The notes: generated by a model not told the origin, from the letters alone. DNA of 59,036 bases, filler included, from Sphacelaria rigidula (GCA_964200075.2; 7 parts of 7 records of this genome joined end to end with filler, not necessarily neighbours in it), one strand, 5' to 3'; shown: positions 1 to 12,000, counted from the first letter of the whole stretch. Numbers and translations: made by a program.

Positions 1-72
1 GGGAATCGAACCCCCCAACTCAACCATCAGAAGGTTACGAGGTTACCAACTGAGCCACCGGGGCGACCGGCT
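1..72 (-). mobile_element. tRNA-derived SINE family A, 5' head (truncated by contig start)
   Basis: The reverse complement reads AGCCGGTCGCCCCGGTGGCTCAGTTGG...GGTTCGATTCCC, giving Pol III A and B boxes. It is similar to the copy at 33983. No full cloverleaf is seen. Confidence 0.75.
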
Positions 73-316
73 TATAACACACACACACATTGTCTGTACG
101 AGACTTCTGCAGTACAGTCAACATAGATACATAGACACCACGCCCGAGATAAGTACGGCACCCGCAGACGGCTCTCCGTTATTTGTGCCCACACTATACA
201 ACATAGTGCGTCCACTCACGACAACGTTATTTCCGCAGTACATACCTGGTGAGTACAGTAGGAACACCAAACGCAAATTAGGAATCTTTCGGTGATGGCA
301 TAATTTAATACCTCAC

Positions 317-511
317 CTGTATGTTATCCAAGATGAGTTCGTCACACTGGATTGTAACCGTATCCAAGCGCCCTCGCATGGCTGCGCGGTTCGATCGGGC
401 CTCGACCAAAACGCTGAGACCCGAGCAAGCTCTAGCTCGCGCCATTATGAAGCGAGCAATCAGGCAGCGCGCTGCTCGGCTTATTAGTGGCTGCCGCCCA
501 CCAAAGTCGGT
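317..511 (-). CDS. Exon 2 of DUF2993/LmeA-like protein (gene continues past contig start)
   Basis: Acceptor TTGGCAG| at 512, donor |GTGAGG at 316, 195 bp, phase 0-0. The peptide PLISRAARCLIARFIMARARACSGLSVLVEARSNRAAMRGRLDTVTIQCDELILDNIQ resembles the DUF2993 N-terminus by eye. Confidence 0.6.
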
Positions 512-973
512 CTGCCAAACGTGCGGGGGATGATACGTAGTGCACAACAAGTCAGTTCAGTTTCGAGAAATGAACGGCACCTGGTGCCGCGCAAAACCGC
601 GAAAGCACACACTGCGGCAACTGCTGTAAGTGTGAAAAAGGCAAAATACTAGCAGGGCCCATCGCGGACCACAGTAGTGTAGTACTGTCATCGCCTGCAG
701 CATAAGCAGAGCACATGACTGATTCGTGCGACGCTTCCCTCAGCTAGAAATCACGGAAACGCTCCCTGGCGAATATCCTGAGTCCAAGTGCTGTACTACC
801 GACTGTACCGACCACGCAAATGCGTAGTCCTCTTCCTCAGCACCTTACAGATACTTTGGTACAGATACACCACAACGAGGACTGTAAATACCACAAATAC
901 TACTTTTGTATGTACACAGAGCGGAGCGTCTCGGTGCCGCGTCACTTCGGCTAAGAATGTGCGAATTACTTAC

Positions 974-1336
974 CGGTTCGCCATTGAGTAAAATGGACGT
1001 GGCTTGCAGAGAAACTCCTCCTTCGCTTGCAGATCTATCCCCAAGCCTTCTCTGCCCCTTCGAGGAGCCCTTGTTACCACCAGTTCCGCCCAGAAGCATC
1101 GACGTGCTGCCTACGATAGGTGGTGGTCGTGTTGTACTAGCTGGAGTTGTCCCGAGCATCGCCCTCGGATGAACGGCGCCTTGCCCCAAACCGTTGGAGT
1201 GTAATTGGATGAAGGCGCTGCGCGTCGCGGCTGAAGGAATAGCGGTCGCATAACAGCAGCAAGAACGGCAAGAGGAGCCCGCCGAGAGCATCATCGTCGC
1301 GCTGGCACCAAGTGTCCGAGCGGCTGCCCGCCGCAT
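974..1336 (-). CDS. Exon 1 of DUF2993/LmeA-like protein, putative targeting presequence
   Basis: ATG at 1336 (alternative in-frame ATG at 1366), 363 bp open, donor CCG|GTAAGT in phase 0, compatible with exon 2. The N-terminus is Ala/Ser/Arg-rich with an ASAFAP-like motif TRSAFIQ. Confidence 0.55.
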
Positions 1337-2958
1337 GTTCGAACGTCGTTTGCCTTGCAACGGCATCGTACACAACAACTACAACAGACAATAGACTGCA
1401 GACAGTGTAGTACAGTACAGCGGTGCAGGAGAGACAGACGAAATGAAGACGCCCAAGCAGGCCTCGACAAAAATTCAGCTGTCGATTCGAGCAGAACGCC
1501 CTTTCGATATCTTCTCTGGATCAAACGCGGGTAGCGAAAGGAGACTATCTTGAACCTCGAATGCTAGATTATACTAGAAGGAGCGGAGATATGTATGTTG
1601 ACGACGGTGGAGGGCGGGCCGGCGGTATCACTTCGTGTGGCGCCAAAAAGACACGAAGTCCAAGTAAATCTCACTGTGGCCGCGTTCGCGGGGAGTATAC
1701 AAAGCACTGTCTGTGGCATATGTGCTCTTGATGAAAAAAGATGTCCTGCAGCCTCTGTTTGATTGGGCCAGAGATACCGGCTGGTTCAACCTATGACGTC
1801 AACTGGAATTACCACACCACACACTCGGGCAGAGGCGAAAATATTCTTTCCGCTGTCCGGCAGTATGCCAGATCAATGTTGACGTTTCTGTGTACCGGCT
1901 GCGAGTCTGATTTAGATTTTGCGTGAATATAATGTAACAGAAAAAACGAAACAAAATCAGTACACACTGCACACTAGGCACGTGGCAAGCGGCTACCTCT
2001 GTCGCATGTTTCAGCGGCCGGCGGGATGTGTGAGGCTCGAGGCACTATGTACACTCCGCCTATGTTGATTCTTGTCATGCAGCTGCCTTTGTGCTGCTGT
2101 TCACTTTTTCCCCACACCTCGCAAGCTTTCGTTGCTGCACCCGTCAACTCAGCACTTCAAAATCGGAATGGCATCAGGTAAAAAGTAGTACGGTACAGTA
2201 CATGCAATCTAGTGTCGGCCCCTGTGGGGTAGGTTTCGTCTAGAGTGACCGGTGTACCGAGAAGATCGCCTGACCGGCACAACAAGGCCAAAGTGCTGTA
2301 GTCAGAAATTTGTAGCATTATATTTGGTTCGCGTTTAGGTGTCAAGAAGTCCGACTCTTCAAAAATGCCCTATTTCGTTGTTTTTCAAATGGTGCAACGA
2401 CAGTCAGCACTGGGTGGACGGCCTCTGTCTCGAAGATAATTCGGGATGAGTTCTGCTTCTAGCGTGATATTACCCGATAGGCCTCAACATGTGCCGTTCC
2501 CTTTCCCCTATAAGTGCCGCAGGGCAATCTATTGAGTGGGAATTGTTTTCACTTCAAGAATGACGTTCAAATTCGGATGACACCCTGGGGATCAAAGAAA
2601 GGGTGAACCCATTGGGCGGCAAACGTCTTTTCGGAACAATTTACCGACTGACCTTCAACGATCGTTTACTCCGACGTTATGGATGGGCAGCGACTCTCTG
2701 TTTGTGAGCACCACTCCCTGATGTATATCCCGTACTTCCTCGCCTTTGACCCGTGCATACTGCCGAGGCAAAGGAGTAATTTTGCCCAAAATTTTCCAGT
2801 AGTCGTGAAGGGTCCATCCTGGGTCCATCCGAAAGGTTTCGACGTACAAAGGGGTTAACTTTCATGACTTTTTGTTCCGAGAGTACGGCCTTACAGTCCC
2901 GCGGACACTTGGGAGTGTGATGATCCCATGCGTAGTGGCCCTTTCATGACTCTCGGGA

Positions 2959-3205
2959 CACTTTCTACGATAGCCCCCCCCCAAAAAAACAGCCCAAAAG
3001 TGTCATGAAAACAATGGCCATACAGGGCCTGATGTTTGGCTTCAGGCTGCATGAAGCGCCTCATACTGGCGACATTGGCTAGAACGAACCCAAGCGTGGG
3101 AATGCCCAGCTGCTCGTTATCCTCGGTTTTTCCCATTTCGATTTACGTGAAGATTTAGCTTCCCAAAACCATGCACTTTCTTGGGTGGGGCTATCGTAGA
3201 AAGTG
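2959..3205. mobile_element. MITE family C (TIR CACTTTCTACGATAGCCCC), copy 1
   Basis: Perfect ~19-bp TIRs and a perfect 8-bp TSD TCTCGGGA (2951-2958 and 3206-3213). Other copies are at 14514 and 31284. Confidence 0.9.
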
Positions 3206-3556
3206 TCTCGGGAGATAAATAATAGAGTTGTGCTCTGTTTGAATTTTTCAAAAGGAGCGGATTTCGGATTTCGGCCAGTCTCATCCGGATCAATCCACGG
3301 ATTGAAAGAAGTGGCGGATATCCGGATATCCGATTTGCAGACGGATTTCGAGGAAAACTAGCGATGGGCACTCCCCAAATCTCCCCACATGCATGCTGCG
3401 CATACTTGAAAGGGGCAGTGGAGCCTTGGGTCACGTATCACGAGCTAGATGCGCAAATCACATGAAGATTGAAATGAGAAAGGTCGTCGTCGTTATCCAC
3501 GCATTGTACTATTAGTAGCGATGTGCAAAAATGAACGCCTTTTCCACACGACTAAT

Positions 3557-3861
3557 AACAATGTTTTCGTGAGATTGAGAGTAGAGGATACGCTTGCGAG
3601 TGAAAAGCGGTCAATTAGTTAATGAATCGTTTCAGTTCCGAAATGCCCCTCCACGATGCCCAATATGCTTTCTGTAGTAGCTTGCCACTGAGGCCCTTGA
3701 TATCCCTGAGTAGGATATCGACGTGTAGCGGTAAGGACACGCCAGTAATAGAGACAAGGAAAAAAGTACACACGGGATGAAAAAATGCCCAAGTTATAGC
3801 GAATGATCAAAGTCCTTCTCAATCAGCGCTCTACTCTCAACAATCTCACGAAGACGTGGTT
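3557..3861. mobile_element. MITE family D (AAC...GTT termini, 4-bp TSD) nested in the hAT element
   Basis: TIR AACAATGTTTTCGTGAGATT with an imperfect inverse at 3842-3861, TSD TAAT/TAAT. A colinear homologue lies at 50697-50996. Confidence 0.8.
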
Positions 3862-4046
3862 TAATCGGAAAAAACAAGTCCGACCACGACATGCAACTTC
3901 CGCAACGCCACTACAAACTACAAACCACAGCACATGTTATATGTGCTCCATGACCAACTACATCGACTGCTCCGTCTCTTCCCGCAAGGACACAATTTAC
4001 GATCTCACGACCAACTACTCGTAGCAACGACTCTGTAAATTAATTT

Positions 4047-4337
4047 TCAATTGACAGCTGATCGAGAAAACTTCTCGGCCGCCTCCCAAGAACCCTTCAC
4101 AAACATCAGCGTCTCAAGCCGTTCCGGCTTGAGTCTGTTTATTCGTTTCGTCATGACAAGCCCACTCTGCGAAAACACTCGCTCTAAGGGGCCTGGCGAT
4201 GCCGGAACAGCCAGGACGTTCCGAGCGACATGCGCAATTAGTGGGTATTTGTGCGCATTCAGCAGCCACCACTTGAGCGGATTCTCGTTGATGGTCAGAG
4301 CAGGCTCCACCGCGATGTCCAAAAAGCCTTTCAACAC
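4047..4337 (-). pseudogene. hAT transposase C-terminal dimerisation domain remnant
   Basis: ENPLKWW..NAHKYPLIAHVARNVLAVPASPGPLERVFSQSGLVMTKRINRLKPERLETLMFVK matches the hAT dimerisation motif. The catalytic core is absent. Confidence 0.9.
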
Positions 4338-4899
4338 GACTATCCTGGATGGTGGCCACGGGAGTTGAGGCTTGGTGGGGCTTTTGGGATGCCTCTATCC
4401 GGATTGTGAGCTGCAGGAGTTGCCGTATTTCCCACGTCACGAGTTATCCGGATAAAAAACGGATTAATCCGCGGATATTTTCTTCAAACGTAGCGGATTG
4501 GAATTGAAGTGAAACGGAGCGGAGATCCGGAGTAGATGGAGCGGAGCACATCTCTAATAAATAAGACGATAGGATAGATACCCTCCCCTTCACCTTATTC
4601 GTAATCTATCTCGAGATATGGCGCACGTAAGTTTCAATACTAAAATCAATATATTACGAACAGAGGCACTAGATGCCATGAATATGGATATCGCGTCTCA
4701 GTTTTTGAGAGTTGTGCTATGAAATTTGGTATGGAGAATTGCTAGAGAATATTGAATTAAACAAAAGAGCTTTTTACCTGTTTTTCGTTTTTTTCATTTT
4801 TTTCCCGTTTTTAGTGGAGTTTTGAGGAGAAATGAATGTAGCTCTTGGGCCTTTCATTAATTCCTTAGCTTAATTTTGGAATTGTGATTTAAAACTTCG

Positions 4900-5603
4900 C
4901 ATGGAGAACCACGGAGGTGTGCCGAATAAATACAAAAATGGGCCTTCAATTGTTTTTGTAAAGGTCAGCGCGTTCTCATGAAAAAATGGTCTTCACCATA
5001 TTAGAACGCCCTATACCAATGAAAGAAAAAGAAAAAGGACCCACAGAGTTTATTAATTATGCTCCAGCGAGGACCCGCACAAAATTACATTACACAAAAA
5101 CCAAACGTGGGCCGGTGAGTGACCTACGAAATACTGTTTCGAATTTCTACCGACCCGGTTTTGAAAGGCAAATGCGCCGGCCAATATTTAGAGTTGGAGC
5201 GTAGAATTTGGTATGGTCAATGCATAGGGCATGAAAAAAAAATCACGAAAGCACCAAAAGAAAAAAAAAAAATCATGAGTTAAGGGCAATAATCAGTTTT
5301 TAGGTTTCAGTAAAATGCCCTCAACTCATGAAGAAAAAATAATTTTTGGTGCTTTCGTCATTTTTTTTAATGCCCTATGCCTTGTCCATACCGTTTTTTT
5401 CTTTACGCTCCAACTCTAAATATTGGCCATCAGTATCAGTAAAATACCCTCAACTCATGAAAAAAAAAACCTTGGTGCTTTCGTAAAAACAAACTGCATG
5501 CCCTATGCATTGTCCATACCAAATCTTACGCTCCAACTCTAAATATTGGCCGGCGCATGAGCCTGCAAATTTCAAATTCGCCTCTAGGCTGGCCCAGCTC
5601 GTA
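4900..5603. repeat. Right arm of family E element with internal foldback (GCTGGCCCAGCTC terminus)
   Basis: Colinear with 39410-39435 plus 40560-41135. It has an internal inverted repeat at about 5180-5430, with one arm re-duplicated at about 5435-5550. Confidence 0.7.
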
Positions 5604-6488
5604 TAAAAATTGTGACCCTCACATTGAGGAGCTAAGAGGCTTAGATTACACTGAAATCTCACTCAAAGCGGTGAGCGATTCGAAAACCATTCATCCGTAG
5701 CATGCAGCAGCAGGAGGATGGGAACAAGGAAGCCAAGGCTGGCAGCACGTGGGGATAAGAGCGCGAACTTCTCCACGTCCGGACCTACAAACACGCATGT
5801 ACTTGAATAGCAAGCCATGGCGTAGTTTGATTTGTGTGTTCGCGGGTTCCCGTGTGTTATTTTTGCTATCGGATGTCGTGCAGCGAAACGACAAACCTCG
5901 GCATAAACCCACTATATAACTTCGAGATGCGGTAAGCATCTGCTGCATCATATTCAGAACGCTCTTCATCGTCCAGTTGGCTTGACGATTGGGGTGTGAC
6001 GCTCGGCAGTTCCACATCGATCGTCCCACCGTATCTGAGGCACAATTAGTTCCTTTCCTTTCTTCGCATCCCTCATTCGACTGACCACCCGTCGATCGAC
6101 CTACACGATATGGTCGAAAGACGGCAAACTCCAGAACAACAAGGTACCAGCGAAGCGGACGGGAGAAAGACAAGCGGAGAACACCTGAAGTAGTCAGCAG
6201 TGACTGGACCAGGGTAGACCCGTTCTTCCTGTTCTCCTGGACTACCACACAATACCATATCTATGCTGTATAAATCGGCAGAAAAACGCAAGACGGAGCA
6301 TAAAGCTGTGCAGCGCTGCTTCACGCGTCATTGACACGAGCAACTATCCTTGATGCCTTCGACGCGCGCTCCGTCTCAACTGATACCCCACATTCCTCGG
6401 CAACTTGCCACGTGCTACGCAAGAAAATCAACAGTTCCGTGTGCTCGATGGCTCGGCGAGTTGCGAGTCTTCGTCACCACGTTCCCAA

Positions 6489-6821
6489 ACACGCGGCCAT
6501 TTCGCTACCCCCAAAATTCCTCCAAGGCGGTCAACTTTTCGAGCCTCCAGATGAAATAAACGCCTCGGGAGGGGTGTGCGACCCTCCAGAGGAAAGTTAT
6601 TTTGGTTTCCTCCAGAGGGATTAAACGCCTCCGGAGGACCGCGTATCCCTCCGGAGGAATTTGGGGGTAGAAAAATGCCTCCAGAGGTGTGCTCGGCCCT
6701 CCAGGGCGGTAGTGTTTGGTTTTCTCCAGGGGGATTGAAGGCCTCCGGAAATTTGTTTTGACCCTGGAGGGCCACGCATCCCCCCGTAGACATTTTGGGG
6801 GCTAGCCAAATGGCCGCGTGT
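6489..6821. mobile_element. MITE-like element with CCTCCNGAGG motif array
   Basis: Termini ACACGCGGCCATTT / AAATGGCCGCGTGT. The interior is built of repeated near-palindromic CCTCC(A/G)GAGG motifs. No TSD was found. Confidence 0.65.
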
Positions 6822-8288
6822 GCTGCGCATGAAAACGGGCGCTCTACTGTCCTGTAGTAAAAATAGTAAGCTTCTTTGTTATAAGCTCACTACACTAAAA
6901 ATGGTATTAAAATAGCCAGTGGCGGCAAACCTCAAATATACTGTTCCAGTTTAACTGGCAGTTTTATCTGGTCCAGTTCACAGCCCTATTCTTTCTTGAA
7001 ATATTGCAAGAGTAGAATTCATGTCCATGGTTGACCGGGCTTGTCAGAATTTTTGGGTCGATTGGTTTCTGTTCCACACAGCATTGACTCGCAGCTGCAC
7101 TGCCGGAGGCTCCGTCAACACAATGGTCGCACTCGCAGCACCTCCGTGTTCCGCGGAGAGCACTCCGTACTCTTGCCATACCGATACTATGTGCTGTGAA
7201 CACGGACCCCAAAATGGGGTTTCACCCAGGACCCCAACATTTCGGTTTTCGAAACTCAAATTTGTATGGCGTGCAGTAGTTGTTAATAGCTACCAGCAAG
7301 TGAGGAATTGGAACCATATTTCGAAGATTTGGTGTAGATACGAAGATTTTAATTCTCCGGGTTTCTCATCCCCAATAAAAGACCCATCCCCAATTTGTAA
7401 AATCACGTGTTTGTACTACCCCTACCGAGTATGACACGGATGTATGCAAGGCAACGACCGGGCGGACTCAGACCCCTGCTTCCGGTGTAGGCGTTGTGTC
7501 CTTTATCAGCACGACTTCTCCAAACCCCCCAATATGGCGAGGCGAACAAGGGGTCTCCTCCACGACTGGACACTACAACGATTAAGCAACCCCAGCAGCC
7601 AACAAGGCGTGATTTTTTAAGGAGCTGCGCCTGTTCCCCGGTCAATGACCCAGCTTTATTTGCACATCGTTTCGTCTCAAGTGAAACTCAGCTTCAGGAA
7701 ATCCAACCCCTTTTTTTACCCCCCTACCCCTTAACCTCCACATGTCCCGGCCCCATTTCTCGGATGTCGATTGTTGACTCAAACAGCACTCCCACAAGGT
7801 TGAAATTACCCACCCATCCGCATCGCCTGCAGCATCAGAAGAATCATGGGGCCTTGTTCTCCGCGGCACCGCCGTTACCTTCGATGGACTTTTCCTTTTC
7901 CTCACCCGAGGAGGAACAGCAGCAAGCACCTCCGCCTGCTGCTGCCGTCGACGACGCTGTCGAAAATTGCACAAAAAAGGCAGCGGGGGCAAAACGGAAG
8001 AAAGCAGGGGGAAGGGGAGGGGGACCGGTGGGACGTGCCTTGCGCAGAGTTTTGTCGTTCATGACAATCCTCACCACCACCTATCTTTTCCGCTTCCTGC
8101 TCCAAGGACTCAATAAGGTATTGACATCGGGCTCTTTTCTGGGAGAAGAGGTGTCTGAGATCGGGAGTTTTTCCCGAAGACGGGCTTTTCCTGCCCGTCT
8201 CGTCCAGAAAATTGGGCTGTTGTTGGAAAAATGGAAGTTTTGTCGGGAGCGGAGTTTTTTTTTCACGTCATGACCATTTTCAAGGGTT

Positions 8289-8349
8289 GGACAAATAATG
8301 ATTCGTCTGAAAATTACTTGGTTTTAGTATGATGAGTCGACTCGTGACG
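8289..8349. repeat. Dispersed repeat at contig end (inverse copy at about 25362-25420)
   Basis: GGACAAATAATGATTCGTC...TTACTTGGTTTTAGTATG...GACTCGTGA matches the reverse complement of the start of contig 4. Confidence 0.75.
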
Positions 8350-8449
8350 NNNNNNNNNNNNNNNNNNNNNNNNNNNNNNNNNNNNNNNNNNNNTTAATTA
8401 ATTAANNNNNNNNNNNNNNNNNNNNNNNNNNNNNNNNNNNNNNNNNNNN
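8350..8449. other. Artificial contig spacer
   Basis: N44-TTAATTAATTAA-N44 (stops in all six frames). Confidence 0.99.
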
Positions 8450-8796
8450 CCCGGAAAAAGGGGGGTGGGACCTGTAAAAAAAGAAAAAAATAATAAAAAA
8501 AACAAAGCAAAAAAAAAAATGAAACCCCCCCCCCCCCCCCCCCCCCCTCAAAAACAAAAGTCGAAAAAAAGTTAAAAAACTGACACGAAGCAATCGTCAC
8601 ACAGCTCATCCAGATGATGAAGTGATTCCAGGAACCAGGCCTTCGAATTACTGATGAGGAATACAGATAGGTGAGTCTAGAGATCATGTCTTGAGATTCA
8701 CTTTGAAGAGTTCAGATAAAGTTGGCGTTAGGAATCATATCCAAGCATATCAAATGTAGAGTTATGCCTCGACCCTCATCACACATTTCCGGGGTG

Positions 8797-9007
8797 TGTA
8801 ATGTGTGAGAGGACCGCGTGCTTTGAGGACCGCGCCGTAGTTCAAAACACCTCAGGATCGACGTTTTTGAAAACCAACCGAGCCAGTCCCTGCAGGTACC
8901 ACGCCTTTGACTATAACCCTAACACTAACCCTGACCCTAGCCCTAACCATAGGGATGTTCAAATTCCGATGCGGTCCTCTAAGCACGCGGTCCTCTCATG
9001 CATTACA
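8797..9007. mobile_element. MITE family T (TGT...ACA termini, internal telomere-like CCCTAA repeats), copy 1
   Basis: TIR of about 36 bp, TGTAATG(C/T)GTGAGAGGACCGCGTGCTT(A/T)GAGGACCG. Flanks GGTG/GGGG. Degenerate (CCCTAA)n at about 8914-8949. Confidence 0.9.
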
Positions 9008-12000
9008 GGGGTCTAGAGCTAGCTACTGCGGTATTACTCGGAAACTAGTTCTGTTACCTGCGTAACTTGACGGTGAATATATGATAAACTGGACGCTGGC
9101 GATATTCTCGCGGCGTTTTGAGTTCGGCGTATCTCGTGTGAGAATGAGAGTGTTCGAATGTGGTGAGTTCATGAGATGTATAGGCTAGCTGCCAAACGTT
9201 AAGCGGATAAAACAGAAACGTGTCTCCGAAAACTCTCTACTGTGCGAGATAAGGAAGTTGAACCAGCAATTGTTTCACTCGAGCTTCGAGACTTGGGATC
9301 TGAAAGTTTGAGGAGAAGTCCGAATAGGCCATTTGAGCACCAAAACTACGAGCGCCGTTTGGGGAGAAGGTTGGGTCCATTTGACGGGGTTATGAAAAGC
9401 AATCCACCACTGTCCCCCGGATACCAAAAATACTATTCCCCATCCAGGTCCTTTAAATGGTTGATTCGCACCCCTCTTCCAATGTTCACGTCCTCATTCT
9501 CACACTGTATCTCGAGCGAAAATCCAAGATATGTACAGTCTCAAGGCCTTGAAAAATCTCATGTTATTGTAGACGTACTATTACAATTTTGATTGGTCAC
9601 AACTTTTTCCAACGAAGACTAGTTCCGGGCCAGCAGAGGTATTGCTTTTATTCCCGTGACGACAGCAATGTGCGTAGCAAACTTGAAGTCGATCGGGCGA
9701 GAGCTGAGTTGTGTCGATCATTGTATCAATTCTTCTCCTGACTGCCACCACCACATTGTATCGAATATGGCGGCATGGTGTGGAATTTTCATCGTGCCCG
9801 ATTGCTTGATCACGCCGGGCGTCGCACTCTGGAGCCGGCGGTTGTAGGGTAACGGTGGACCTTCTTTGTGTGCGATGCTCTGTTGTTTCAACTGTGTACC
9901 CCCGGAGACAAGTTTTTGGGTCAAGTAGTGGGAACAGCCTAGCTTCGACCTGGTGTTATCCACACACGTTGCTCGAGTTGTCTCGCGTATAACCGTGCTG
10001 ACATGTTGTCTTCACAATTGGCGAGATGAATCGCTACGCTTTGGAGCGCATCTCGCAATGCCTCGGCAGGGTTAGACAAGAAGGTGGTCAAACGATCTCT
10101 TCTTCACCCCTCCTTGCATGCGTTTTGATATAGGTAGCACCTGATACAACGCATGTCCGCGGTCACTGGCACAGATAGTCTGAAAAAGTCAATATTCATA
10201 GTAATTCACGACGAACTTCCAGACTCTCGAAAACTCGAGAGAGCAGCCTTGTGAGAGATTAATAAACACCACGAACAATATTTCACCCGTCGAACAGACC
10301 ATGATCTGTCTAAAAAAGACTGATAAAACAAAGACTCTCGGATCTGTTGGTCCAAAAACACTAAATGTTCGACCGCGGAGTCAGAAAATCCAAATCGCAA
10401 CTTCGGCGCTACTCGGCGTACTGGGCGTCCGGCGCTGTAGGGGGCAAACGTGGAAAAGGGAGGGCAAATGATCCGGGTCATGATTCGGTTCAGCACACTG
10501 AGAGGAACTAATTTTCAGACGGATCATGACCTGTCTGACGTGAGCAATACTCACTTGTTCGCTGTCGATAGGGCAACCGGGAGCGGGTATTTCTTGATCT
10601 CTACTCGTATTCATGTAACCGTTTACTGACTGGCTCCACAGGTCCACAACCTTGAAGCCGCGAGCACTTCACTACCTGAAAATACGAAAATCTCGTGGTC
10701 CAGTGTCCATCCATGGAGCGAATATCGGTCGTCCCTAGCATTGACAATACCTATTTTACAGCGTGTGGCTGTATTCTGCAAGAGTGTGAGGTTTGTGCTG
10801 GCGGATGACGAATAGCGAAGAGGTATGCTAAGATATGGGGAGGGGGGGGGGGGTATTTTGAATCATTTCTTTCACGAAGTTACACTTCAAATCACCGTTG
10901 AAAGCGGCAACGGTTGTTCAAAGGTGCTTGTTATCGATAGTTAATGCTCATTCATACTGCTTGACACAGTTTTTACTCTAATACAAGCGAACCGTGATTG
11001 TGTCAAGTAGTCTGACACACGTATGAGCCCCTGCTTTTCGTGGAATCATACGCCCTTCCCCCGTATCGTAGCGTTACTCCGAACTAGAAATGACGTAGGG
11101 GCCTTAGAACGACAGGCCCCGACCGGCGTAGAGTGCATATTCAAGGACCGAGGCTGGTCTGTTGCAAGAGTGCCAAACAGCAGATGGTGTCACTTTAGAC
11201 CAGACGACCCAGACAGTGACACGCCAGCAATCTTAGTCTAGTACTGTAGTCCTTCGCACTTGATCAAATGCACCATGGTCGAACCATCACCGTCGACAGC
11301 AACAGCGCAGCTCTTACGGGTCAAGAACAACAGCAGCAGGGAGATACAGCAGAAGCACGAGCAGCAGCGGCAGCAGTAACACCGGAAAGTGGGGAGAGCC
11401 AGGTCGAGCCGCGGGCCCATCAGACGGAGGCGCGACCAGTAGTGGCCCCCATGCCGTTAACCTAGCGGCCTGCAGGACAACTCTGGGCAGTCCAACAATG
11501 ACGCGCGAGTGCCTCCCCCGCCTCCGCTGGGGCCTCCGCCCAGTCAAATGTAACCGGCAGCCATATAATGGTACATGACATGTAGAGGTTGGCGCAGTCC
11601 AACAATACCGTGTACCACCTCGCGCATCAAGAACAGCAAGATTCCCAGATTCAGCAGCAGCACCAGAGCCGAAAGTTTGCATTCCCACAGCATCAGCTAC
11701 CAACTCTGCACTTTAGGCAGCAACGGCCACAAGAAGAGGTCGCCCACCAACGGGCGGGCGCCGCGCAACAACAGCAGCTGGTGGGCGAAAGTGCAGGCGG
11801 GCTACCCCCGTCCACTCCTGGTGGTCCACCTCCATCACCCATCATAAGACCGGCGCCGCTGCAGCCCGTCGCGTCGCTGCCGCTAGCACAACACAAACGA
11901 GAACAATAGCAGCAGCACCAGCAGCTGCAGCCGGGTCAGCACCATGTACAGCAACACTACCCACAGCAATATCAACAGTACGGCGGCCAACCATGGATTG

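Larger units (their letters stand above)
3223..4556 (-). mobile_element. Non-autonomous hAT DNA transposon derivative
   Basis: TIRs TAGAG(T/A)TGTGCTC, perfect 8-bp TSD ATAAATAA (3215-3222 and 4557-4564), subterminal CGGAT/GCGGA motif arrays, and an internal transposase remnant. Confidence 0.9.

Noticed and set aside
5800..6030. Gypsy integrase remnant (SHPNRQANWTMKSVLNMMQQML)
   Set aside because: Only a vague motif resemblance, with no supporting RT, RNase H or LTR.
7494..8273. 259-aa ORF as a host gene
   Set aside because: Low complexity, no recognisable domain or convincing splice pattern, and it runs into a repeat at the contig end.
8394..8405. TTAATTAATTAA recurring every ~8448 bp as a biological periodic motif
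   Set aside because: It is always embedded in N runs and is an assembly linker.
8914..8949. True telomere
   Set aside because: Short, degenerate and internal to a TIR element repeated three times.
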